Assembly: GCF_964204645.1 (NCBI RefSeq)
Contig: NC_134034.1
Span: 5,616,914-5,680,913 of the forward strand
Direction: 5' to 3'
DNA: 64,000 bases
Source: Tubulanus polymorphus
Taxonomy: Eukaryota > Animalia > Nemertea
In this document: positions 39,901 through 54,072 of the stretch, piece by piece
Layout of the letters: every line of letters starts with the position of its first letter
Numbering within the stretch: position 1 is the first letter of the stretch
The notes under the pieces: model-generated
Told to the model about the DNA's origin: nothing
Database searches by the model: none
Seen by the model: the letters and a program-made list of their open reading frames with translations, nothing else
Made by a program: the position numbers and the translations under genes

Positions 39901-40447
39901 AAAACGAGTCCAATTACCATATTTCTACAGTGAGGAGAGAGAGACAGACACTGATTAGAATCGATGAATGCTCAGTATGAAACCAATAACCCAGGTTGCA
40001 CATAACTTTTTCACAACGTTAGCCTGAAGTTGTAGAATAAACGTTAGCAGCAAAACGCTTTATCAACGTTACCTATTATAGGAATTAAAACATTTATGAA
40101 TTCAGTGATTTAAGAGAAATTTATATCGTCAATTATTTCTTCTAATTACTGAATTGGAAAATTGTAGTAAAATATTGAAATGTTATCCTGAAAAAAAGGG
40201 ATTCGAAACGCATCATCGTGAATTGTACTTTTAATAGCAACGTATACTGAGTAGTGCGAAATAGTGTTGACCGCGCATCTCATCAGCGTTATTACAAAAG
40301 CGAGTTCAAGATCCTATTGTGATGAACTTCATATTCTTTTGAGGTATTGTGTGTTCATTCACGTATTGTTATTAACTGGGCCTTACGGTAATGTCTAGGC
40401 TCATAACCGACTGACCACCCGCGCAATTCAATTCAATTTCTACTTAA

Positions 40448-42261
40448 AGGGGAACTGCAGTCCAAATTATTTTTCACTTACTTATTAAGTACGTATATCA
40501 AATAAAAAATACAAGCTAAAAAAAAATTTCTTTTAATTGGCGTTTTTGAAAAAAAGAGACTTTTGTTAAAGTAGTGGGTGCCGCCATCTTCCGGCTAGCA
40601 GACGCCTGTAGGCAGTTCTCGCTTGAATCGAGTGCGTGAAAACGCGAGATTGTGACGTCACTGCGGCCCATCTCGCCGCACTGTTTTATTTGTTTTACGT
40701 GTGCGAGTTCATTCAGTCTATCAAAATAGCGTTATTTAACGTTATCAAAGTGCGATATTTTCATCAGGATGCCGCACTGTAAGGCATTTGGTTGCTCTGA
40801 GCACAGTGGACGCCAGAAAAATGGAGAGGACGCCGCCGCTAAAGTAAAATTGTGGCCAAAAGATGGGTGATCAACATAGGGACTGACGTTGGCTCGCTTG
40901 AAAAGTTTCTCGACGACGTTCAGAATGATCGAAGGGGACATAAATACAGACTTTGCAGCAATCATTTTACATCCGAGATGTTTCAACGTGATATTAAGGC
41001 AGAATTACGAAGTGAGTAGAGTAGTAGACAACGGCTTCTTTATTATCTGCGGTTAATGGTAAGAGGAAAAAAATTAATGTGAGTAATGTAAGTTGGATTC
41101 TTTATAAAAGTCTATCTGTCTCGCATTGAGGCCTAATACAAAGGTTCTTTTTGTCTTACACATGCCGTTTTCATATTATAGCAATCAAGTTTAGTTCGTA
41201 CTGCCTCATCTGAAGAAAGCTATATGCAAGATAATTTGTCTGAACTGGTAAGTAGGCCTAATATTTGACTTTATTTGATATTCTATTTTAGACTAAGTTA
41301 TATTCTGTGTCACAAAATCTGGATCAGAGTTCTAATATAGGGTAGTAGGGTCGTTGGGATGGCTTTAGTTCTAATATAGGGTAGTTGGGATGGCTTTCAG
41401 AAAAATCACCAGTGTGGCCACTCTGTGTTGAGCCGAGAATTAGAAACAAAAAAAGAAATGGATCAGAAAGGATTCTGAGGCCCATAAGGCTCTCTGTAAA
41501 ATTGTCTTCGACATCTCACATCTCACTCAGTTTTGCCAGTTTTAGTCTCGAAGTATTCCACGGTTCTGTGTTAACCGAAAAAAACCAACTGAATACGCCT
41601 GATGATGGATCGGGATTTAGTCCCTGCCAGGCTTCTTCGTTAACATCGTCATCGGTCTCTGGCGCATCATTCAAACTTTCATCGGTCCCGTTCCCCACTT
41701 CTACGGCTAAAACTGCTTCGTGCTCATGTTGTGATAGTTCTGGTTCAAACATATAACCACGCGCATCCATTCTGACAAAGATGACAATGTGCGATTGTGA
41801 CTAAAATGTTGCCTATTGTACTATAGAGGTATCGAATATAAAGGCCTGACCCGGCTCTGCTCCGTAGAAGAATAAACCAAAATCAATAAATCCGCAAACA
41901 CAAAAAATGAACAAAACAGGCCAATTTGACAGGGATTATTTATTGCCAGTTAAGAATTTAGCCATCGTCAAGTTGACTACTGAATAAATATTACAAAATT
42001 CGCAATCAAATAAACTGAAATTGAAATTGAATTGAATAGAGAGAGTTGGGCCGCACTGACGTCACCGGATGTTTACAGACTTCTTCTGGCTGTACTTATC
42101 ATGGCGCTGCGCACGGTAGCAAAATTTTACGATTTTCAAGAGTTTGGCCTGCGATTTATCATATTTGTGGATGAGTAACGGGATTTTGGTTACGGGATTT
42201 CAATACAAGTATATTAAAGGTATCTTTTGACCGATTTTGTAAAATGTACTGCAGTTCCCCT
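40448..42261 (+). mobile_element. Internally deleted Kolobok transposon (THAP start on +, KolX-like start on -)
   Basis: 14-bp perfect TIR aggggaactgcagt; TTAA at 40444-40447 and 42262-42265. THAP peptides MPHCKAFGC...RLCSNHF from 40769. Convergent ORF 41770-41516 begins GYMFEP. Confidence 0.88.
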
Positions 42262-43077
42262 TTAAGATGTACTGGACATTTTACTTCCAACTTGAAAGAG
42301 GTTGCAAAAAAATTAAATATTGATAATTCTTCAAAAAGAACCTAATCAACCAGGTCATTGGTGACAAAGATACCCTGGTTTGATTGACTGTACAATTAAC
42401 GAATGTGATTTAAAACTTCAGGTGTTGTAACCGTTACAACAGTTTATCAAAGCCAGATGGCTATAGTGCGTGTGGACCTGGTTGCCACCGAGATCCCTAG
42501 TGAACTCGCGTATCATAATCGTTGATATGTGTATAATTTTGTTTTTAACTAGTTTAAGACTGTGCCTGTTCTCTCGTTTGAATATTTTTGTCCTTTTTAT
42601 AGTAACATTTTGACAGTTTGTAACATTCTCAACAGATTATAATCATAATTAGTTTCCAGCCTGATTTTGTATAAAAGCCGTAACAAATATCCTGTAAAAC
42701 CAGTTCATCTATGCAAGCCTGACTGTACACGTCTCTCCGCTAAATGAATCGCTATAGTCTGAAGAAAAGTCTGAAAGTTAGTCATTTCATAACAAAAGGA
42801 ACGGGACGACGACTTTGCCTAGCTTTGCTGCTTCAAGGGACGACGACTCTGTGTTGCTGCTTCAACCAGGGAACGTGACTCTGGTCGACCTGCTAATTTT
42901 GCCTCTGCCCGGTGACCCGCCTGGCTTTGCTTCAACCTTGACGACCCGCCTGGCTTCTGCTTCAGCCCGGCCTTTGCTTTGCCTCTGTCCGAGAACATAT
43001 ACAGTCCTCCTCGCTCGCTTCCTCACTCCCCATCGACTGTCGGTGGAGTGAGCCCGAAACCCCGTGGTGTTGGCCCG

Positions 43078-44286
43078 AGAACTCTCCCAACATCAGGAAT
43101 TGATTGATACTTGGACAAATAGTAATGTTAAACCATTTATTGAATATGTAAAAAAGCAAGCCCCTATGCTGAAATCCTGCATGATATCTGATGTGAAAGT
43201 GAACGGTGGAATGGACTATCCTCCATCAAAATTTTATACTAATATGTCGGAAAGCACTAAAGCCTGGCGCACACGGGCGACAGTTTCGAGCAATTCTCGA
43301 GCAACTGCCCGAGTTGCTCGGCGTCGAACGAAAAAAATGGCTCGTCTGCGGCAAGGGGCGACAGCGATATCTCGTTGTCGAAAGGAATTGCTCCGTGTCG
43401 CCCAATATCAAACATGTTTGATATTGGGCGACGGAAAATTGCTTGTCGCCCAGAAATTGCTCGGCGATCGCTCGGGAGTTGCCCATGTGCGGTAGCTGGA
43501 GACGCCAAGCAACGAGCACCTCATCAACCTAGCCAATGACTAAACGAATAATTATCATGTGATGCTTCCAAATACGGCATCACCCGGGTTAGTAGCGTGG
43601 CCATCTTGACAAGTTACATGATAAAAACGTTTGGCGCGAAAGATAATCGCCTCTACGTCGCCAGTGGTCACATACGGTTGCTCAAAAATCGGTCGCAGCA
43701 ACCGGCGACTGAAAATTGCCTCGTGTGCGCCAGGGTTTATGCAAAGCTCAGAAGGTGGGTCCAGGGAAGAGAAACAGGAGTGGCTGCATTTGTAAAATCA
43801 CGAGAAGAATTTGAAAATGTCTTAAATTGTCCCAATTTCTTTAAAATGAATCCGAATGGAAGACTTAGATTTTTAAACGATGCGAATTCGAAGTCAATGC
43901 ACGAGTTATATGCTTTGAGCCAAAATAACCAAACATTGACTTTCAGTCACGGCCTGTCAGTGGATGCTCTTGCAGCTAGGGATTTGTATTGTACAAAAAT
44001 CCACGAGGCAACCCTTAGGGGTATTTGGAACAAAGCATCGAAACTTTTATATTCTAGTCAAACATATATAGCCAATTCTCCTTCTCTGGATTCAAGTATA
44101 CTTAGATTTAGCGTAATTAGTGAAAGTTCACATGTAAATCACCTGGTGTCGTATAACTTGAAAAATAACCAATGTTCATGTACTTGCAAACAATATAAAT
44201 TGTATAGTTTGTGCTCGCACAGTATTAAATTTGTGTGTTTTAAAGGTTTTTCAAGTAACTTGATGTTGAGATCCATAAGTAAGTAA
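43078..44286 (+). pseudogene. C-terminal fragment of a SWIM-finger MULE transposase
   Basis: After removing the MITE the frame reads FYTNMSESTNAKLRRW (catalytic-E motif); SWIM finger CSCTCKQYKLYSLCSHSI. Confidence 0.75.
43261..43736. mobile_element. PIF/Harbinger-type MITE
   Basis: TIR agcctggcgcacacg / cgtgtgcgccagggt; flanked by TAA and TTA; GC-rich internal inverted repeats. Confidence 0.85.
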
Positions 44287-44989
44287 AGATTTAAATCGTG
44301 GTGGTGTTTTATTATGGGGCTATGGCTTATATTTTGGTTGTAGGTTATTTTCACCTTGCACTTTCTCTCTATTTCCTATTCAACTACGGTACGTATTATT
44401 TGGGACTTGAATACAGTTTATTGTTTCTGTATCAAAAAGATTCTTATACATTGTAAACTAGAGTACAATAATAATATCACAATATCTGTGATAAAAGGAT
44501 TATCATAAGAGCATAATCCCACAATAGATAAATAAATACCTAAAAAGTTAATTATTAGATATTAAAAGTATTTCTTCAGTTTCTTTCTATTAGACTGGAG
44601 AAATGCAATATTTCTTATATTTTGAATGCCCTTTTTAGCTATCAATTCATTTATTGTTGGATTTTACTCTTACTTTTGTTGGATGGGCCTTTGTATGTAC
44701 GATAATCTGAGCTTTGCTTGGTTCCTTCCAAGTCCAGATTTGTCATTCTTTTTGACTCGAAGTCCTTCCAAATTTTAATTTTATGTATTTTCGCACGCAA
44801 GTTTAAAAAAAAAAATATTTTAGGAGGTTGTTATACGCCCTATAATAAGTGTGTATACCAAATATCATCAAAATCCATCAAGATCTTGGGCCCAGGTCTG
44901 TGGGGGTCAAACATGTATACATGTAGTAACTTCAGTAAGACTTATCAGTGTGAATCCAGTCATTCATTCATTGAGCATGTCTCTACTGC

Positions 44990-47900
44990 AATCTTTAAGA
45001 AAATCCCAGTGCCTACAGTGCCAGGTCCCAGTGAAAATGATGGATCTAATAGCCAAAGAATAGAATCATTTACTGCTACACTAAGTGCAGCGACACAAGA
45101 ACTTGATACGGATATTAGTGTGCCAAATCAGCCTCACGATTTCGATTATCCATACAGACAATATGGACAAAAAAGGGTTGTGAAAAGAAGGTTCAACGTT
45201 GCTTGGTATAAAGACTATCCATGGCTACATTATATCGAGGTGCGGGATGTGGTACTCTGCTACATACGCAGGCGTGCGAAGATTGAAAATAAACTTTCCA
45301 ATGAAAAAATTGACATGGCCTTTATTGAAAAAGGATACTGTAATTGGAAGGAGGCAACGGATGTGTTGAACAAACATCAACAATCGAATTGTCACCAGGA
45401 AGCCATGGAAAGAGTGACCACTCTACCAAAATCCACGATAGATGTTGGTTAGATGCTCAGCCAGACTCACTCCAAGGAGAAAATTAAAAATCGTAGGATA
45501 ATCACAAAGATATTTGAAAATGTGCGATTTTTGTCTAGTGATAGTTGACTAGGGTTAATCAAATAATGATATAAATATTAATAATGTCTGGGAAACAAAT
45601 AACAAATAAAAATAATGATTTAATGTGAAGAGTTGGTTTTAACGAAGAAAAAAAGAAATGTAAATAGCTTAGTCTAAGGGAATAATTCAGAAAACATGAT
45701 TCAGAAAATTGGTATATAGTGTTGGTGGTTGGAAATATATTTCTAGTTGGAGAGTGGTTGATGGAGGTTGCAGATTCTGTAGAAACCATACTAAATTTGG
45801 TAGGGAGAGATCACGTGGTTGAAACTTGGTAGAGGAAGAGAGTAGTTAGGTTGGGAAACGAGAAGAGAGAAGGGAGTTCGAATTTTGGCAGCCACCAGTA
45901 CAATTGTTAGTAGATCCCATGAGATTACCTAGTTGTTAGCTTATTTTTTGGAGAAGTTCATCTTCAGAGGCAATCGATCACTAGGCAAGGTTTAGCGCTT
46001 ATAGGCCACAATGAGGAAAATGGACATTTGCTGCAATTGCTCAAATTGCACGTCAGTAATGACCAATCCATCATGAAATGGCTCGAAAAAAAGACAAATA
46101 AATACACTAGCCACGATATTCAAAGTGAGATTTTGCACATTCTGGCTATGGATATTGTGCGAAGAACCACCGAGTCTGTAAAAAAATCGCAATTCTTCAC
46201 AGTTATGATCGATGAAGCCGCAGACACCGCCAATCGGGAGCAAGTTACATTTTTTGTTCGTTGGGTTGATGCTGACTTCAGAATTAATGAAGACGTCATT
46301 GGATTTTACGAATTTGGTGACATATCATCAAATACCCTCACTGCCGTTGTTGTTGACGTTCTTCAGCGCATGAATGTAACTATTACGAAACATCGCGGGC
46401 AATGTTATGATGGTGCCAGTAACATGCGAGGAAAGAAAAGTGGCCTTGCTGCTCAGATTTTAGCCCTTGAACCGAGGGCACTGTTTAATCATTGTTATGG
46501 ACATTCGTTGAACCTGGCAGTGAACGATGCAATCAAGGAGGTACAAAACAACAAAGGATGCCCTAGGCATCACTCACGAAATTTGCAAATTGGTTAAACA
46601 TTCACCACGCAGAGAAGGCATATTCAATCAGTTAAAGCAGGAAATTGAATCAGATTCGGCTGGTTTACGAGTGCTCTGTCCTACCAGATGGACAGTACGT
46701 GCTGGATCGCTTGGTAGTGTACGCGATAATTATGATGTCCTACAACAACTGTGGGAAGCGACATATGTTAAGGAAACTGATGTCAAGGGTAATTGGGGTT
46801 CATGCGCAAATGAGGCGCAACTTTCGATTATTGTTGGGGAGTTTCGTTAGGTCGTCTGATCTTGAAACATGCCGACCTGAGTAAAAGTCTCCAAAACCCA
46901 GAATTGACAGCATCAGCTGGACAGGAATTAGCCAAATTAACAGTTAAAACGCTCGAGAAAATGCGAAACGATCGTGACTTTGATTTATTCTATGACAAAG
47001 TGTTAGGTGAAACACCTTCTCGTGACGTTGGTGATCCACAGTTACCAAGAAAAAGCAGGGCACCCGCACGCTATGAAGATGGTCTAGCTGTTCCGGAATT
47101 CCCAACCACTCCTCGTGATCTGTACCGAAGACAATATTACGATGTCACTGACCGGGTCACTGCTGCCATAAAAGGTAGATTCGACCAGGATGGTTATCAT
47201 CAGTACAGTCATCTGCAAGACCTGCTGATAGCCACATGTAATCAGAGAGATTATAAAGTTCATTTATCTGCTGTAACTGATTTTTACACGTCCGACTTTG
47301 ATAAGGATCTCCTCGAAACACAGCTTAGTACCCTAGCAGTGAAATTTGAACATGTTGTATCAGTAGTACTCGGAGAAATTATAGGTCACTTAGAGAAGTT
47401 GCAAAAATGTGAACGTGCATTCTTCTCAGAAATATGTACTGTAATTAACTTAATAAAAGTACTGCCAGCTACCAATGCGACATCAAAAAGGTCATTCCCT
47501 GCGTTGAGAAGGTTGAAAAATTATTTGAGGTCTACTACAACTCAAATGAGATTAAATGACATCATGGTCATGCATGTCCACAAGGATATTGCAGATACAA
47601 TCAACATAATCAATTGTGTGAATCAATTTGTTGGCCAGTCCGAACATCGACTCAGCGTGTTTGGGAGGAATTAAATGCAAGAAAGTAGATAAGACACTTT
47701 CCGGTCCCAGTTACTGGTCTCGTAAATATGTTTAGTTTATAATGATATTGCAATTAAAAGCAGGAATAGGATGTATATATTTATGTAAAATCATTCGTAC
47801 CGGTACGTACAGTTCGAAATCAATCAGAGAAATTGTTTAAGTTTTGACGAATGGAATACAATTATTTGAAGGCTGCAATACACGACGAGGTAGGCTTCTA

Positions 47901-48107
47901 TTTTAAGATATTGCTCTCACTAACACGCAATAATTTGTGTGGGTATGATCCTCCAGAAGCCCCCAGAAGCCATGAAAATGCATACCCCCAGACCCCCCTC
48001 TATATTGCGCGCCTTCGGCGCGCTTATCAAACGGCTTCGCCGTCGATGCGTATGGTTTTTCTTTATTTCTTAGTCGGTCCATATATTTTATGCTTCCGCT
48101 GCCCCTG
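44990..48107 (+). mobile_element. hAT transposon (ZMYM1-like transposase) with stops and frameshifts
   Basis: TTF-type finger FNVAWYKDYPWLHY, RQGLAL.GH, IDEAAD, QCYDGASNM, HCYGHSLNL, CPTRW and dimerisation PATNATSKRSF.ALRRLKNYLRST. Candidate right TIR ...ccgctgcccctg ends at 48107; left TIR not found. Confidence 0.9.
45539..45980. mobile_element. Probable solo LTR (442 bp) inside the hAT transposase
   Basis: TGAT...ATCA ends; 4-bp TSD ctag at 45535-45538 and 45981-45984; removal restores VRFLSRQGLAL. Confidence 0.8.
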
Positions 48108-48239
48108 CTCAACTCTCTACAGAAGTTTGATTGTGCAAGATGCAAAAAATAAAGGATGCCATGAGCTCATAATTTTAAGATTGCACTATATCACCAATGG
48201 TTATAATTGCACACTATCAAGAACTGATTGGGCAGCGAA

Positions 48240-49290
48240 GAAAAGTTGACTGATTTTATGTTGGGGGCAGAAACTGCTGCGGCCCTAATAAAAACTGCTG
48301 AAGTGACAATCAGTGATAGTCTTCTGGTACCAATGATTATGACAGGTTTGCCAGCAGATTATAAACCATTTATAACCATCTCAGAAGGACAAATTGTCAT
48401 TTAGCGATTTTAAAATATCATTAAAAAACATCGAAAAAAGTGTTATAACAGAACAATACAATTACGAGAGAAAAAATTACGAGAGAAATGATAAATTGCA
48501 CGTCGATTCCTCCACTACGCATGTAGTAAACAACATATCGAAGTTTGTTTGTTTTGATTATGGTTTCATCCCGCAGGACATTACTTAAGAGATGGCAGAT
48601 GGAACACAAACCAGCAACGTGGCATCGCCAAAATCTGCCTAGGTTTTTGCAGGAAGTTATTGTACAGAATGCGCTGTAGGTTCTGTCGTTTGATCAAAAC
48701 ATTCATTCAGAGCAAGTGGCTACAGAGAAAGGCGTTAATGTGTTTTTTCAGCGTGACTTAGGCGCGCTTATTATTTGATTGCATAATTAGAATAATACCG
48801 TGACCTCGATTATTGGCTTTTGAGAGGTTTCTGGCCGATGATTGACTGTATGGAACTGTGAAGAAGTTGAGAGCTGATAGAAGTGGAGAATTCATATGAA
48901 AGGATTTCATGACATTATTGATAAATAACAAATGAGTTTGAACAAGAACCATAATTCTAAATATGGACTTTCCTCAATTTACATGACCGAGCATGTTTTA
49001 TCCATAATATCCATAACTGCTAGAGTCTAAGCATTTATGATTCACAAAGATGAAAGAACTAGGTGTATTGAGTTGGTTTCTGTGTATAGAATTCAATGTA
49101 AATAATGACTGTATTCAGCTTAGTCGGAAACAGTACTTACTTAAAGTGTTAGAGAGGTTTTGCACGAGTGAATGCAAACCTATGTCCACCCTATCCGACC
49201 TGAAACTAGAATTTTATCCTGAATCTGAGCCATGTGATCAAAAGCTGTATAGACAAGCTGTTGGAAATCTCATCTACTTAACAAGGGACA
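48240..49290 (+). mobile_element. Heavily deleted Ty1/Copia relic
   Basis: Gag (GLPADYKPF), protease-like VDSSTTH, integrase KLRADRSGEF, then RT MKELGVLSWFLCIEF...YRQAVGNLIYL, in Copia order. Confidence 0.8.
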
Positions 49291-50222
49291 TGTCTGGTAA
49301 CCTGGAATGCATAATCTTGTTAGACATAAGTGCTACCAATAAGCAACAGCTACGAGGACACAGGAAAAATCAACTGGTGTGTTTACTGATTTACTGCGGA
49401 TCGAAATGCCCACAGTGCAAACAACAGTGCAGTTCTAAGCCAAGCAGTTGTTTGCAGTGGCGTTGGAACCGTAGAGACTGCAGAGGCGAAAGCCACAGCA
49501 ATAATTTACTGAATGGCATTTTTTTCATTCTATACTATGTTTTTGACGAAATTAAAGTAAATTTGCAGCGGCAATTTTTAAAACCTGCCAAAAATCGGCA
49601 ATTGGCAGCCGCATTCAAAAATTGCATCCAACGCGCCTGTGTTGTGATAAATGTGATCAATCGTAAATTGATCAAATTAATAATCTAATGGGTACATGAC
49701 TAATTTACGGCTGAGTAGAGAAACTTTTTTCGATCAGTCAGATCTCAGGTCGTCTTGTTTATACTAAAGTTTCAGCTGGTTAAGTCTATACAATTTTGGT
49801 GGCCTATGCCCTTAATTCTTACCCCATTCAAGGGACGTGAGCATGCTGACCAACCCTCCAAAAGGTTCAACTCCTATCGCGCTTCATGAATTTAATTTAT
49901 TGAATAATGATAAGTGACTCCATGATTTGACAGTTTAACAATATGTTTCCATGCCTACATACCAAACTTCAGGTGGTAACATATTGTTTAACTTTAAAAT
50001 CATATAAATAGAATTTCGAATATCATAGATAAATATAGCTGCACAGCAGCAATAACGGGTTTCGCCCTAACTGGTTCATATATCTCACTGGGAAGCGTCA
50101 TCGAAATAATTCTACAGTCCATAACATATGACTTATTTCGCAACCTGGGTCAACAATATACTGGATATGTGGATCCAGCTACATAAAAGGGGTACCATGT
50201 TAAAAGTATCCATGTACCAAAT

Positions 50223-51270
50223 CAGTGCTTCATCTAGCATTAAAAAAGGGCAGGGTGCTGATTTCAAATAGGGGCATTTTTACGCGTGATTCCATTGGAG
50301 CAAGGGCACATAATAACGCACACACGTCCGTTTTAGGGGCAACCTGCAATGTTCCCTATTGCATAGAATCGAGGTACCCCCTACTACAATTGAGGACTAG
50401 AAACTATGTTTCACTCTTGCCATGAGTGACACACTTGACCACAGTACATCCTTACACCTATGCCTGTCAATGAACAAAAATAATCAGATAGGGCTTTCAA
50501 AATTATTTGGAAAACCAGTTGCAGACAAAAAATGGCAGAAAAAAGCAATCTCAAAAAGCAAATGATACAGCGAAAAAAAGCCAGCAATAGTGTATAGGCC
50601 TACAAGAAATTGCATATTTTTAATCTTAGAAATATCAAATTAATTGATTTAAATTGATAGTGTTAGTGATTGGCGAGTGACTGTTGATAATTGGTAGGCA
50701 GCCAGCTTAAGAACACATTTTTGCTATTAGGCCACTCAAACTAAAAGTCTCTCTGTGAGTTCACCGAAAAAAGTTTTTCACCTTGTGTATATAGAATTTG
50801 TCTAATAGTCTAGATAAAAAGATCCAGAGCATCACGATGTGTTCAAAACGAAACAATCCATCGAATATACACTACCAGCTTTATAACGGCAGTCGCTAGA
50901 ATGATTGGCAGTAGTTTGGAAGGCAGCCAATTTCTTGGAAACTAAAACTAGGCCACGCGTCTGATGCACGTTTTCACACGATGCACACTGACTGCAGTAC
51001 ATTTAAATATAACCACTGATCACATGAGCTACTATCGTTGATATCATACGAGATATTTCATAGCCGTCGCACGATTCTTACTTACAGTCTTACTTACAGT
51101 GCGAAAGCTTATTTTGAAAGCCCTGACTCATTACTCGTGACTCGAGGGCGGGCCTACGGCAAGTGATGAGGGCACAAGGGAGAGCATGGGACACATCTGA
51201 AGGGCACAAGGGCGGCTATTTTAGGGGGCGGGGCGGACCGCCCCTCCATTTTTGGCTAGATGAAGCACTG
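50223..51270. mobile_element. hAT-like MITE with 5-bp TSD
   Basis: 16-bp perfect TIR cagtgcttcatctagc; TSD caaat at 50218-50222 and 51271-51275. Confidence 0.9.
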
Positions 51271-52083
51271 CAAATTGGCTGAACCGAAGATATGGTTGTT
51301 ACTAAGTCCCTGGTGGAAGTTACCCGAACTAGTCTGTCGCACATGCTCTCCTTGCACGTTTTGATCCATGATTTTGTTAATACTAGGTTGATCTACCTTT
51401 ATGCATCAATTTGTTCAGTGAGGAGTTTGCATTCAGAAATTAACAACGATTTTTAAGAAAGTTGTTTTTGTTTTCATTTATCAGTGACAAGTTTACATAT
51501 TGCACATATGTTTGAACTATAACAACTTTGAAAACAAACTTAACTACGTATACACAATGAACATCAATCTACTTCAATCACAAAGAGGGAATTATAGGTA
51601 ACAAAATTATAGCATTGTCGGGATTCGAATATGATGTGGTATCAACTGTGTCAACGTCTTTGAAGCGATTTAGGTAATGTTGAGTTCGTCTACCAAACGG
51701 AAGATGGTACAAAATGGTGGCGATAGATGAAACAGAAATGGGAAAAGACGGATCGGGACTTTACGCAATATACGCACATTCAAAATGGTCAAGCTGAGTT
51801 ATATTTCTGACAGAATTGAAAATTATTTTTATAAGCTGTTAGTAGTCGAATCTGAGAGGAGTTACATTTTACGAAAAGTTTTTGGCTGGAAAGTGGAAAA
51901 TTTATAATAATAATAATAACAATCAACAGAATTACAAGAGGGTTTCTGCGAACGCAGCAGAAACCCTGATAATATTGGTAAATACCAGAGAATCTTTCTA
52001 TTCGAGGTGTCGAACGGATCAATGAAGTCCTTTTTAAACTGCATTTCATACGCAGACATACAGTTGCATATTTTTGCACTAAC

Positions 52084-52189
52084 CTGTGAAGGCAGCAGGA
52101 TCCTCTCCGCTTTGCCCTTGTACAAAATAACAAATATGTCCTGTTGTATGACAAGGTGTAAACAAACACTGTACATCCAGATTACCAAT
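52084..52189 (-). CDS. HAGH: Glyoxalase II exon
   Basis: [35 protein letters not shown](G), containing the TPCHT.GH motif; AG/GT flanks. Confidence 0.96.
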
Positions 52190-52641
52190 CTATTCAAGAA
52201 AAATTAAAGAGATAATTTACCGACCTTTTGGCTATGCGTTATACATGTATTAAATTATGCTATATTATATCGACAGACTGTTTTTATCATTGAAAGCATT
52301 GTGTTTGGTGTTGCAATGGATCAGCTTAGTAGTAATCCTACTACTTAAAATTCTAATATCGACGAACAGTGCAACTTGTCACTATCATATCATCATTATG
52401 TATTAATTGTTATTGCCAACAATAATGTATCAACATGTATAAACAGTTCAGATTAGCCAACCTAAATCGTTCATTGCTTGCTCGTACTAGGAAAAGGGCG
52501 ATCAATTGTTGATTGTTGATTGCGGACAATTTCTAAATATCGATTTTATCGAAAACGATTACATTAACACTAGTGTCCAAAACTGAAATGCTACCCTCCA
52601 AAAAATACCTTAAAATTTGGAAAATCTGGCTTAGAACAGAC

Positions 52642-52762
52642 CTTTATTTTATCATCATGTTTCACTTTTTCAGTCAGAGCACCAATACGATCATCTCCAC
52701 CATAGACATCTACCTTACCAGGATGTAACTTAACAAGGTCTTCATTACCTCCAGCATGATCC
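52642..52762 (-). CDS. HAGH: Glyoxalase II exon
   Basis: (W)[40 protein letters not shown]; 121 bp, phase matches neighbouring exons. Confidence 0.96.
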
Positions 52763-52992
52763 CTGATAGAAAACAGTTGAAATTTCAGATTTCATTGAAT
52801 TCCATTACATAGTTTCTTATAGTATCTAAAGATCAAATACTCCTCTAAAATTTTATTTTCTTCAACTATTTGAGCTTGGTTGACCAAAAAATTCTATTCA
52901 AATAATCAATGGACCAATCTCCCAGCTACCATGTGTATTTTAACATATTTTTTAACATATCAATTCACACCAGCAACCAGATATCTCATTAA

Positions 52993-54072
52993 CCCTTCAT
53001 GTGCCGAATTGCTTAAAAACAGTTATCTCCCAGTGCCAAATTAATTTGCATAACAAAAGCCACTGAAGATAAATTGTATTTAATCAGTCACAGCACAGAT
53101 AGCATAAGAGATGGACGCTTATAGTCAATGACAGAGTGGTCCCCAAAATATGCAAAAATGTTTTTGACCCTTGACATGACCTTTTGTGGCCCTTGACCTC
53201 AAATTTGACCTCGCGACCAGAAAATGAGAAAAAATCATAGATATGTTAAGAATTTTCAGAATTAAGAACTTTATTTTTGAATATAACTGTATAAAACATG
53301 TAATACATGATAACTACAATATCTCAGCAACAAAAATTGTTTTTCATGATGAATCCAGGGAGAAACACATTAGTGATTGGAAGGTCAGAAGCAAACAGTT
53401 GGTAGCTAGGGGTCTGATCGGTAAGTGTGATCTGTGTGAAATTTTGGACAGTACTGACTACAAATTAGTAAAGTTAAATAGTTATATTGTGCCTAGAAAC
53501 CCTAAGAACTGAAATAATATGCTGAAATTCATACACAATTTCTACATTGCCAAAATATTGAGTATGGCCATTTTTGCTTTCCACTGCTTTGTGTAAATCC
53601 TGCGCATTGGCGAAACCGCGTGGAGTGGGGCCAACATGTCTAGACCCCTATTTGTACACCACCTGGATATGGAATCTCTCGAAACAGTCAACGGCGCACA
53701 TCGCCAACCCACATTGCTGACAGCAGTATTTAGTTTGTGTACTGTATCTGGCATAGGGTTACCACTTGATTTCCCCAGCCTTTTGCACAGGGACTTCAAT
53801 AAAATTTCAATAAAATCCTTGTGGCTCCATCTTAGAATCTGGATGTATTGAAGTCTCTCTTAATCTTTGAAACAACCCCACTGATGTAGGTTTTGTAGTC
53901 ACATATGATTTCAGGCTTTCTTGCTTGTGTGTAGCCAGAGGGTTCTTTTATCCCATATTTGAAAATTTTCGACATCATTCCCATGGATAGAGGAAATGAC
54001 ATTAACCTTTTTCATATCCATCCATACCACAGCTGACATTCCACCATGATACCACAAGATCAGCAGGTTTCT
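52993..54072 (-). mobile_element. piggyBac 3' fragment
   Basis: TTAA|CCCTT terminus at 52989-52997; minus-strand WMDMKKVNVISSIH, KPEIICDY and CRD TKYCCQQCGLAMCAVDCFERFH. Confidence 0.8.

Noticed and set aside
51789-52207. ORFs 51789-52169, 51862-52197 and 52007-52207 as genes or a LINE tail
   Set aside because: They are alternative frames overlapping the real HAGH exon 52084-52189.
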